A stretch of DNA of 64,000 nt, taken from assembly GCA_951406725.2 (NCBI GenBank), contig OX597817.1, positions 11,966,001 through 12,030,000 on the forward strand, in the 5' to 3' direction. Below the pieces are notes generated by a model. That model saw only the letters and a list, made by a program, of their open reading frames with translations, searched no databases and was not told the DNA's origin. Source of the stretch: Octopus vulgaris. Taxonomy: Eukaryota. The translations under genes were made by a program, and so were the position numbers. Positions 52,761 through 64,000 of this stretch are shown here, piece by piece (position 1 is the stretch's first letter; each line of letters starts with the position of its first letter).

Positions 52761-53064
52761 CTATATATAAACGGCAGATTGTCTGTGTGCGTGTCTGTGT
52801 GTCTGTCAGGTTGTACCCTCACCCTGACCACGGCTTTCAACCGATTCTGATGAAACTTGACACACACATAGCCCAATGTCATAATTCAAAACTAACGCAG
52901 CGAAAATTTTGATAAGTTCCCCCAGTTCTGAGAAAAATCGATAAATCCGACATGGGGTCGAGAATCTAAGCTTTTTAAATGCAACACATTTTCTGTTGTA
53001 GTTTTCGCAGTCGTTGCCTACTAGGGGCTCTTACATACCCGAGCAACGCCGGGCTATGCTGCTA

Positions 53065-53065
<1 letters not shown>
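52760..53065 (+). mobile_element. Non-autonomous Helitron, second subfamily
   Basis: A|TC start, the same CCCGAGCAACGCCGGG hairpin, CTAG|T end, different interior. Confidence 0.85.
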
Positions 53066-53114
<49 letters not shown>

Positions 53115-53116
<2 letters not shown>

Positions 53117-53262
53117 GACGGCCGTCTTTCAGTTTCCGTCTACCAAATCCCCTCACAAGGGTCTGGTCGGCCGGAGGCTATAGTAGAAGATACATGCCCA
53201 AGGTGCTTGATAAGCAATGTGGTTGGTAAGCAAGCTACTTACCCCACAGCCACTCCTGCGTC
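53115..53262 (-). mobile_element. SINE family A 5' half
   Basis: Head match. Confidence 0.8.
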
Positions 53263-54091
53263 TATATGTATGTTGCATATATATATATATATATATACAT
53301 GCATAATTATCTTGCTGTCGTCATCAATGCTATTGTTGTTAATGTCATTGTTATAAAACTTTGTTGTTGTTATTGTTGCTCGGGTTTAGATTGTTTGTTT
53401 TATTATGTTCTTACTTTTACTATTATCTAAACTACCAGGCAGGATTTCTCAGAGACGTGTCTGCTGCCCTGTATAGATCTACCTTGTCATATTTAATTAG
53501 TATTGTTACAACAACAGCTTTGTTTTCTAGAACTTGCCCACCCAACAACCTCATCTTTCGTTGCGCCACATAAATTCTCTATCTCTATCTTTGCCATACT
53601 TTATCAAATATATGTGTGTGTCTTCATGTTATATATATATATATATATATATACATATGCGAATGTATGCTTTACAAACACTCACTTATATATACGTATA
53701 AATACGTGTAAGTATGAATGTGTGTGTGTGTGTGTGTGTATGTGCGTGTGAATATACAAATATGTATGCGCCGTTATCTTGTCGCTGCTGTCGCTTTGAT
53801 TTGTGTGGGTTTTTTTTTCTTTTAGGAAGACAAGATGATGCCTGTTGCTTTTATACACATACATATTTTACATAGATGCATATCCCCCACCACAAATAAA
53901 ATGACACAAACCTCAACCACATGCGCGCATAGATTTATGTATGTTTAAATGCGTGGCCATATGTATGGTTTGCTGTATGAATACGTAAGCGAAATAATGA
54001 AATAGTTATATAACGTAAGGTGTACGAGCCTGTTTGAATGTATAGCTTTTGTATCTATCTGTTTATCTATCTCTTTATACATGCATACATA

Positions 54092-54186
<95 letters not shown>

Positions 54187-54195
54187 GTATATATA

Positions 54196-54590
54196 TCTTT
54201 ATATATAAAAGTAAGGTTGTGTGCTGTCTGTCTCCTACGATTTAGATTCCTAACTACTCCCACATTTTGCGGGGCAGTTTAACCAAAACCGGGTATCTTA
54301 TAGTCGTGATTCATATCGAGCCCTTCTGGGTATTAGCGCGCGTCTACGATGAGTCTACGATTTAAAAAAACATTTACCATCAATTTTTCCCATTTTTAAT
54401 GCATTTTTTGCATATATAAGGGAAGTAACTCTCTAAAAATTTATTATTAAATCTCAGAACGTAAAAAGCTACAGTAACCCCGCCCCTTTGTGGTTAGCCA
54501 TATTGAGATGGCTATTTTACTTTACATCTCTAAAAATGCTTATATAGTTATTTCCCTTACAAATCCGAGCAACGCCGGGCGATACTGCTA

Positions 54591-54591
<1 letters not shown>
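54196..54591 (+). mobile_element. Non-autonomous Helitron
   Basis: Homologous to 43145-43517 with TC and CTAG termini. Confidence 0.88.
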
Positions 54592-54628
<37 letters not shown>

Positions 54629-55009
54629 TATATATGTACTAGCAGAAACACCCTTCATCTACTGGGTTGAAAAAACTGCCAAAATTGTACTATGAATATT
54701 GAACGTTATTCACTAAGATTGTATTGAACATAAATAAGAAATGGCTGTTAACTTTCATGTAAATGTGAGAGTTTTATCCTTCTGAGAAACATATCATAAA
54801 TGACTGTCAGCTTTCATGTGGACGATAGAGGTGTTTTCTTCAGGCCTATATCCTCATATATATATTTGCTTTTTGTTTTATTCTCTCTAAGTTTCTGTCC
54901 AAGAACTGAGGCCGTGTTAGGGCACCGCCGTTTACTTTGCTACACTTTCACTACACATCCTCTAATATGTGACATTTAGTGGATAAAGGAGTTTGACTTT
55001 GCTGCTATC

Positions 55010-55460
55010 ATCTGTATTTCTCGCATAGAAGTAGGTTCATCCGGAACTCTAGTTTAGTTTTGAAAAATCTTACAATCACGTCATGCATGTCTCTCGGGCT
55101 TTGTGGGAAGATATTGAAGAGCCTTTGAAGTCCAAATTGTTGCAGTATCTGGTCCTGTATTCTGATGGCAATGTTGGGACCTTTGGTACCATGCAGCAAC
55201 GCCCCATCCTTCTGTTTGTGATAATGCCAAAGTTTGTAACAAGTTTTTCTAGGCTTTTCCAGATTTATATTATTGCATATTTTCCCGCCTTCGATCCATG
55301 GAGTAGAGTTGTAACTCTTTCAGTTTCTCGCAGTAACTGATACGTCACACTGTATCGTTCTTTCTTCTTTAGCTTCACTGGATTGCCTCGAGTTCCGTCA
55401 ATATTTTACACTGTTTGGTGACTACAGTTGGGAGCAGTAGTCCAGATGGCTGAGAACGAA
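55010..55460 (-). mobile_element. CR1-like LINE 3' fragment
   Basis: YAIIYIWKSLEKLV, GRCCMVP, RLFNIFP, FFKTKLE peptides typical of the post-RT region. Confidence 0.6.
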
Positions 55461-56970
55461 AGTCCTCCAGTGGACCATCATGGTTTGCTTTTCTTTATAG
55501 CATTGAAGGTGTTACCGGGAGATCTGTCATTTTAGCATCTCTCGTATAAAATACTAGAAAAGATTTCGTTGCTTACTTTCAAGCAAAAGGAAAATTTATA
55601 TATCGCTTGAAATATATTAGGGCACTTAGAAGTAGAAGTACATTAATCTTAGGAACCCCAAAATGTGTGGGTGGTCATGGCTGAAATATTTTCATCATAG
55701 ATTTGCTCAATCGAAATTGGCTTGTAGCTAACAACAATTGAGACATTTAGCCATAGAGGAAACCTCTACGTTGTCAATCCACTTGCTGGAAATCATGGTA
55801 GATCCCTTACAAATCTGCTGGTACCGCTTTATAAAAGAAAATGACAAAATAGGTAGTGTCGTTCGAAATATGTTTAGGTCATAGCTAAATGTCATTTATC
55901 AAAATATGTTTGTTTGGTTAGGATTGCTATATAAGCAACTGAAACACTTATGCAGTGTTCCATGGTCTACATCAGTTAGTAGAACCTTGTCATAAGATCT
56001 ACTTACATTATCGTTATGTGTATGCAATTCACATAATATACAGAAATAAAAGAAGTTCTAGGGATGCCGCACTAAGCGTAACATTCTCAATCAGCGTTTC
56101 AAAAAATGTTTCGCTTACATTATCAATCTCGTTGAGAAGGCATTAATTATCATACAATATCATTTTTTATCTTTCTTATAAATATGATACAAATCACTGA
56201 TATCAAACTTTAACATATGGAATAATACGGATGGCACCAGAATCTCACATAGAAGCAAAGTCGTAGTTAAAATTGCATAGATGTCGTTAACATTCATCTT
56301 AGTGGAAAATGTCTTTTTCCTTCATGCGTATCAAACCAATAAGGTAGACACTACAGGATACTTCGATCTGCTAGAAATAGCAGTTTAATTTCTCTCAAAT
56401 CCTACTTTATTATCTTCGGAAAAGAAGGGAAATTTACATAATGCCGTCCTTGATGAATGGGATGCAATGATAATAGATGTAACGAGATTATCATATGTAT
56501 TCTTCATGAAGTCTGACATGGGGGATAAATAATAACAACAGCCGAGGCGCTTACAACTTACACTGCTATAACAAATATCACAGCCTTGCGGAAATAATGG
56601 TTTACTTTTTCTACCTTCAAAGCTATCTTTATAAATATATTGTGAGTGAGGGATAGATTCGTTCTCATAAACAATATCAATATATCTATTATATATCCGT
56701 TTGGCCCCAGAAGTTAAACAGAATAACTTTAATTTCAGCTGGTTGCCTTTACGAAATTAAAAGTACAATCGGTATCCGTGCTACCTAAAAAGTAATTTGC
56801 TTAAAGTTTGGACTTGTGATAATCCTGATAAATTCTTGCGAGGTAGAAGGTGGCAGTTTGTTATTACCTACCCTTGGTCTATAAGAGACTTTGGTCCTAT
56901 TATTCGAAGTTCAGGTAATATTCAGAAAAACGATACTCTTTTACTCTTTAACACGCGTTATATAATATAA

Positions 56971-57385
56971 CTCTTTACTCTTTTACTTGTTTCAGTCATT
57001 TGACTGCGGCCATGCTGGAGCACCGCCTTTAATCGAGCAACTCGATCCCGGGACTTATTCTTTTGTAAGCCCAGTACTTATTCTATCGGTCTCTTTTGCC
57101 GAACCGCTAAGTAACGGGGACGTAAACACACCAGCATCGGTTGTCAAGCAATGCTAGGGGTTTCAAACACAGACACACAAACACATACACACACATACAT
57201 ATACATATATATACATATATACGACAGGCTTCTTTCAGTTTCCGTCTACCAAATCCACTCACAAGGCATTGGTCGGCCCGGGGCTATAGTAGAAGACACT
57301 TGCCCAAGGTGCCGCGCAATGGGACTGAACCCGGAACCATGTGGCTGGTTAGCAAGCTACTTACCACACAGCCACTCCTGCGCCT
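56971..57385 (-). mobile_element. SINE family A, full length
   Basis: Complete copy. Confidence 0.92.
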
Positions 57386-57960
57386 ATGTTTATTATTATT
57401 GATTAGCTTCATATTAGCCCATCTTGAGCGGACTATATGGTCAAAGGCGCTCCAGTCTTGGCTATCTCGTTTCTTTTCAAGCATTGCATAACAGAGAATG
57501 CTTTATTTAAAGTAGCATCGTTCCTTTTCAAGACAGATACGATGTGATCTGGTGAGAAATCATTTTTCAAAAGGCGAAAGACTATCTAAAATCTTCCAGT
57601 TCGGTACAATTCACCAGTATCGAGGAGGAACTTTACTCAATGGTATTGCTCTGTTGCAAGCATTTCCATCGAATCTTATAACTTGTCCATATTTTTCCAG
57701 TAGATATCGACTGAAAATATTAAGATCAGCTTCAGCGTCTAGAAAAATCTGTAAAATTCATGGGCATTGCTTCGCCTCACTTAGCTGATAATAAAAAGAC
57801 ATTCTACAGGTACAGTAGGTATACATGGTTATTAGGAATGAAGTGTCTTGGTCATGGACACAGCAAACCACCAGTGATATAATATGAAACAACGAACTGT
57901 CAATCCATTAGCTAGGACAAGCAGAAACGTTACTACAGAGTAAAATAAACAACAATGAGA

Positions 57961-58364
57961 ATATCAATAGTTATCGTCAAGCTAATATGGCAGTCCATAA
58001 ATATAGGACGAAAGCTACCGTTGATTAGCTCCAAGAGGCCATCGCTTCTAGCTAGCTACGTGACACACGAACCTGTGTCCATTATAAACTTCGAACAGAG
58101 GAGGTCAGCCGCTTCCCCTTGCTGGTCAGCCATCTGAAGACTAGTTTCAGGGTATTTGCCCTTTATCAATGCAGAGCAGCCGCACCCAGCAGGCGTCCGC
58201 TACTGACCGTCTGTTCGAAGGATTATTTACCTAAATTCAGGAGAATACATCCAAAAATAGAAATATTAATATTTCTAAGTCTCTCTAAAGGAGACTACGG
58301 CAGCGGTACTGGATATTAATAGTTATCGTCAAGCTAATATGGCAGTCCATAAAGACTGCCATTA
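57961..58364 (-). mobile_element. Retrozyme-like element: 352-bp unit with 41-bp terminal redundancy
   Basis: Direct repeat 57961-58001 / 58313-58353 (1 mismatch), internal hammerhead, long stems, 11-nt inverted tail. Confidence 0.75.
58134..58174 (-). ncRNA. Type I hammerhead ribozyme, U3-A8 variant
   Basis: CTGCA-TTGATAA-AGGG-CAAATA-CCCT-GAAACTAGT-C-TTCAG. Confidence 0.8.
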
Positions 58365-58427
58365 TCACTTGCACATTTCATTGACTTAAGAAGCGTCAAG
58401 TCAAATAGTTAATGAGATGGCTTAGAC

Positions 58428-58575
58428 CAGTTATTGGCAAACTGTGGCTCGGGGGACTTTTTGACTGGTACGCCTGCTTTGAATTTATCGTGAATATTTT
58501 TTTAGAATTGCGGCTCTCTTGATGATGAACTGTGTCTCATGCAGCCCGCTTTTCGTAAATGACTGCCCGCGCCTG
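58428..58575. mobile_element. Possible decayed hAT MITE
   Basis: CAG...ggcaaactgtggc and gcagcccgc...tgcccgcgcCTG ends; TSD degenerate. Confidence 0.35.
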
Positions 58576-59066
58576 TCTCAGATAAACAATATGACTGAGT
58601 TTATTTTCATCGCTGAGGCAAAGACGATATAGTCAGAATAGGCGTTAACTTCTCTAAAAATGTCTAATGAGGGAGACGGACAAGATTCTTCACAGTTATT
58701 TGCTTTGTTTCATTTTAGTTCAGAGGGAGACTTAAAAAGGCCTGCTGGAAGCAAAATGTCTGAACTGTTTGGGGGTCTAAAATTTTAAACACAAAGCACT
58801 GTTGGTTCCTTTATTCCCCACAGTCATCAGTGGCCACTGTTGTATTTATCAAACGGAAGCAAACACAAAACTATCCTCATACTGCATGGATAAAAGCAAC
58901 CTTTAAAATAAATATTCGTACATTAACACTAGTTTATGACTATTGAAAGTGTGACACACTCAGACATCTGGAAACGCTCACATATAAAGATATATATACA
59001 CTGAAATGCTTTTACTCATACATATGACCATGTATCCATCTATCTTTATAACTATTACAAATACAT

Positions 59067-59138
<72 letters not shown>

Positions 59139-59468
59139 GCGTGTGAATGTGTCGGTATATGCATGGATAAATAATATATATTGTATGTACACACATACAC
59201 ACACATATATATATATATAAGCAAAGACTATATTTACACGTGCAGTTATATGCATGCTCGGTCAACGAGCACATTAACGTGTGTATATAAACGAACATCT
59301 AAAAAAATAACTGCGTAATCCTCCCGAATGTAAACAAGTTCCACATATTTTGACATCTGGGTGTATCTATATTTGTTTACGTATGCATGTATGCACGTAT
59401 GCATGAATTCATAGGGACATAAATAGATGTAAATGTACATACATGTGTGTGTTTCAATGTACATGGAA

Positions 59469-59840
<372 letters not shown>

Positions 59841-61709
59841 CTGGATGGATGAATGGATGGATGGATGGATGGATATAGACTCACACATGTTTACATATAG
59901 ATTTCGAATTATGCAATAGAAAAAAACTTTAATGGCACACTTAACATATGTATGGAGTTGAAAAACCAGAAGCCGAGGTTTTTGTCCGAGATAAAAATCT
60001 TTTTATAGACGCAGTGTTAAAAACAAAACAAAACAATATACTACAGAGTTAGGTGAAACGGAATCAGCCCAGAAACGACTGTGGGAGCAGGAGCTACGAA
60101 TATGTTTGTTAATGCTGCTTCTCAGTGTCACTCACTAATATCACTTCCGAAACGAAATTGAATCAGCTGATCTGAAGTATATAGAGATAGTGCATAAATT
60201 ATACACTGGTTTTCAAAGGTGCTACACAAGCAGAATAAAATTCGAATCATGCAATAAAAGCAGTTCTATGGTAAAATCTTTATTAAAATAACTTGTTTAA
60301 CGTGTGTGTACAATTGAAACGCCAGAGGCTGCGGTTTCCATCGGCAAAAAATTCCTTGATATACGTATTGTGTTAAAAGCAAACAAAATAATCCTTCTGC
60401 AAATCATATCTTTTACGTTCCTCCAGTTTACTCAGCAGAAAATGAGTGCCATCCGACTGATAGTGAATCCTTCATCCCTTCCGGTTGCCACAACCTCGAT
60501 GTTCCGCTGGTCAGAGAGGGAAGTCAAATAAGGTACCTATGTCGCCTCGCGACTTTAGATAATTAGCAAAAGCACGGTACAAACTACCAGGTTACACCCG
60601 TTAATGAGTTACTACTGAGTTTTCCTTTCTATATCTGTGTGTGTATACACACATATTTTTTCTGTCTCCCTTTCGAGATGAACCTCTTTTTATGATGTAT
60701 AATTATTCTTACCTATGTGTGTTTTTTCGTAGTGTAGTGGGGATTGTTTTAACTCATGGAAAATGAGCCATTTTCGATTAGGCAATTTTACAGACTTCTT
60801 TGACTTCTCATCTATGAAAATCGGAATTTTTGCGTAACAGAATCAATTTGATTAGATTAAATTTTATTTAGAAGTCAGAGTAAAATATAAGCAAACAACA
60901 AAACACGTTTTTGCCATTCCGTAACAACATACCATATATGTGAATTAGTTATAAAGTCTATCAATTTGGAAATTTTTAAATCGAAAGCTCTTGAAATTTG
61001 ATTGTTTCTGTATAAACGTTCTGAAAAAAACGTTGTTTAGATTTCGTTTTTCGATTTGGTTTGCAAGATTCTTTATGTGAGTTGGTGTGTCGAAGAATAT
61101 TCTGTTGTGTCAAGACTATTGAAAAGGGTGCAAGACGCAACGAAAATTTTAGGAAAATAAAAATGAGAGTTATTGGAAATTTTACCGGTGAGTGTGTTAA
61201 ATTATAAGGCACAAAAAGAAAATTACTCTTCTCAGACACAACAGAAATGTTTTGATTTCTTTTTATTTACCATTGCGAGAAAGAGTGATTAAAAGATCAC
61301 GGCCTCCACAAATCTCTGTATTATTTAAGACCTGCTCTAAAATCAAATAAGAGCTTTCAAAGTTATCTAATCTTTGTCCCAACAATAACATACTTAATGC
61401 CGTCTCGTAAATGCAGTTGTGATTCTGTATGTTTCTTATTTTATATGTTTTTTATGTGACACAACCAACTTTGAACATACATAACATCCCGGTGAAAAAA
61501 CAGCTTTTCAGTGTTGAAGAGGATCCCACGAATTGCTCTGGATCATTAATTTATAAACTTAATAACCCAGTGGATACAGTTCCTACACCACCTTACGATA
61601 TACCAAAATGGCACCTAATTCCTCCGTTGCTATAAAGCAAGGCATAACATAAATGGGCTTCACTTATTGATTTGATGGTGCTACCATATCGAATTGCTAA
61701 CCATGAAAC

Positions 61710-62175
61710 GCCTCTTCAATAATCAGGACATGTAGCAAGAATGGAAGAGTCAAGGTTCTCACGCCATGTCTTATTCAACCAGCTCACTTCAAGGAAAAGA
61801 TCCCGGGGTTGTCCTCTTCGAAGATACAAGGACCAACCCAAAACAACACTGAATGCTACTGAACTTGATTCTAAATCGTTTGAAACACAAGCCCGAGACC
61901 AAACCAAGTGACGGTACTCCATCACAAATCAGAACCAAAAACTTCGAAGCTACCAGAAGAAAGAAAAAAGAAAGAAATCAAACGACAGATGAGAAAAGTT
62001 CCACAAAATCAACTTCGTCCTCCACCAACATTACCATGCAGTCAATCCCATCGTCTCATCTATGTAAGAATTGGTCAACTTAGTCATCAACGCCATCACC
62101 ATAAAGGAAGCGTTCAGCAAAGAACAAAATGAATTCTTGGATACGAGATGACGCCGCCGCCGCCGCCGACGACAA
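61710..62175 (+). mobile_element. RTE-clade LINE 3' end
   Basis: GHVARMEESRFSRHVLFNQLTSRKRSRGCPLRRYKD...ARDQTK*R, RIGQLSHQRHH; short (GCC)n/(GAC)n tail. Confidence 0.85.
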
Positions 62176-62927
62176 CGTGTGTTATCACATCTGTTCAAAA
62201 CAGTATCTCATTTACTTTATCTTTCTTCAACAATAAGAATGGCCACGTGGCTATACTCAGGAATATACTGATAGGAATGTTCACTGACGGAACTTTTGTC
62301 GGTTTTTATACCAACTTACAGTTCTAAAGCTGAAGTACATTTTAAAGCATCCCGAAAACTTGTCATAAGAACTGTTTTCATGAAGCACTTTTGCAGATTT
62401 AAGATAAGTTTAGGTCTCTTTTTGGACAGTTTTTTATTGCAATATAGGGCTTCTTTTTGTTGCTTTTTGGAACAGTTCTGATGATTCCTAGTACCATCTT
62501 CTAACGCCAAATTTATAAAATATTTGGCATAAAGAACCCATGTATGCAATATTTTAGATGCATGACGCAATACACTGCCATTACTTCCGTCCTTACTTTT
62601 TGCAGATTTTCCTTGCAAGACTGTACTTTTATATTACATTATTTTCTGGAGATTTTTAAATTCCCATGTTCTCACTTTATATATGTACACACACACACAC
62701 ACATACACACTCACACAAGCGCACGATCACTTGAAATTATCTTCCCCACGAGAGAAATGTATAGAGAAACGCCCGGCGGCAATTGCTGCCAACATCGAAT
62801 GAGATTATCTTAAGAAGCGAGAATTCTCTGGAATTTACGTTACGAGAAAGGCAGTGTGATCTCACCTAAGACGGGAGAATGAATTTGGACATGCGTTTCT
62901 ACCACAATAAGCATCATCAGCACATCA

Positions 62928-63337
62928 GGAGGCGCAATGGCCCAGTGGTTAGGGTAGCGGACTCGCGGTCGGAGGATCGCGGTTTCGATTCCCAGACCGG
63001 GCGTTGTGTGTGTTTATTAAGCGAAAACACCTAAAGCTCCACGAGGTTCCGGCACGGGGTGGTGGCGATCCCTGTCGTACTCTTTCGCTCCAACTTTCTC
63101 TCACTCTTTCTTCCTGTTTCTTGTCCCCGACTTCCTACGCAACCGCTGAGCCTGGATGCGCATTCATCCATCCGTCGATGCTCTTGGTGTCGGGGGTTGA
63201 CCTGCCTTCTCTTCTGCGGGTCTTACAAATAGCAAAGGATCGTGTTTCGGACTTCTCCCACTACAGACAATCCTGAGGCGCGATCTTGCGAGCTCTGGGA
63301 CGCAGACCGCTTCGTTCAACAAACAAACAAACAAACA
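62928..63337 (+). mobile_element. SINE with family E head and a distinct tail, 12-bp TSD
   Basis: TGGCCCAGTGGTTAGG A-box, GGTTTCGATTCCC B-box, (CAAA)n tail, TSD atcagcacatca at 62916-62927 and 63338-63349. Confidence 0.92.
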
Positions 63338-64000
63338 ATCAGCACATCAAACATCCTACCCTGACTTCGGCAGACATGAGACAAATATGTAACAAAAAGA
63401 ATAAAAAGTATCTATGGTCCTTAGCTGATTTGCATAATTCAAACAAAAATTATCTGAGAAATTACTGAGAGACCAGTGGTGCTTATGACACCTTTTGAGC
63501 AGAAACTGATGTTCAAAGTAACATGTGTGTGTGTGTGTGTGTGTGTATGTGTGTGTGTGTGTGTGTATATATATATTAGTAGAAAATATGTGGAAAACAA
63601 ATATAAAACGTGGAAGAGAAATGCCTTCGTTTCATATAGTTTAAAATCTTTTTATAAATATATACATATTATATGGCTGTCGTGAAATCCAACCGGTTTT
63701 CGCTATTTAAGGGACATTATACTGTAATCAATTCTCGTGACAAAGAGATCTTGTCATTTTGGATGTTTGAAAAATAAGAATGAGTCTAGAGAGTGAACCA
63801 AGGGAGGCAACAGGTGGGAAGGGAGACAACTGGCTCCTTAGTATACACTGCTGAACAAAATCTTAAGACTAGTGAAAAGCCTACCTAAATGAAATCCTTG
63901 CTCACCGATGTATTCGACTATTTTACATTATAGATTCATAATTAGAAAATAGAAAGAGATATACGAAAATCTAAAGAAATGTTTAACATATAATACAAAA

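Noticed and set aside
60304-60531. 75-aa ORF or Tc1 remnant
   Set aside because: No convincing motif on either strand
62928-63000. tRNA genes at SINE heads
   Set aside because: A/B boxes are present but they continue into SINE bodies with tails and TSDs
63236-63273. CTGTAGT-GGGA..TCC-GAAAC antisense motif in the SINE tail
   Set aside because: Core deviates at several positions and there is no cleavage-site geometry

Overview
Repeat-saturated, AT-rich eukaryotic DNA, probably intronic or intergenic. The SINE families, the 5S rRNA sequence and the microsatellite load point to a cephalopod (Octopus-like) genome; this is inferred, not database-checked. No intact protein-coding gene is supported: the long ORFs in the track are microsatellite translations or SINE read-throughs. 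The window holds >40 tRNA-derived SINE copies of about 5 families, a 5S rRNA copy, and decayed R4/Dong, RTE, CR1/L2-like and Penelope-like retroelements. It also holds mariner/Tc1, hAT, Merlin, probable Harbinger and Helitron relics. The main non-obvious signal is about a dozen minimal type I hammerhead ribozyme (HHR) motifs. One sits in a 352-bp structured unit with 41-bp terminal redundancy (57961-58353), resembling a reverse-transcribed circular RNA (non-LTR retrozyme). Two have compensatory 3:8 core pairs (U3-A8, A3-U8). One family has a ~60-nt stem II. Three fold-back elements carry outward-facing HHR pairs. All structures were read by eye; no folding or database search was run.
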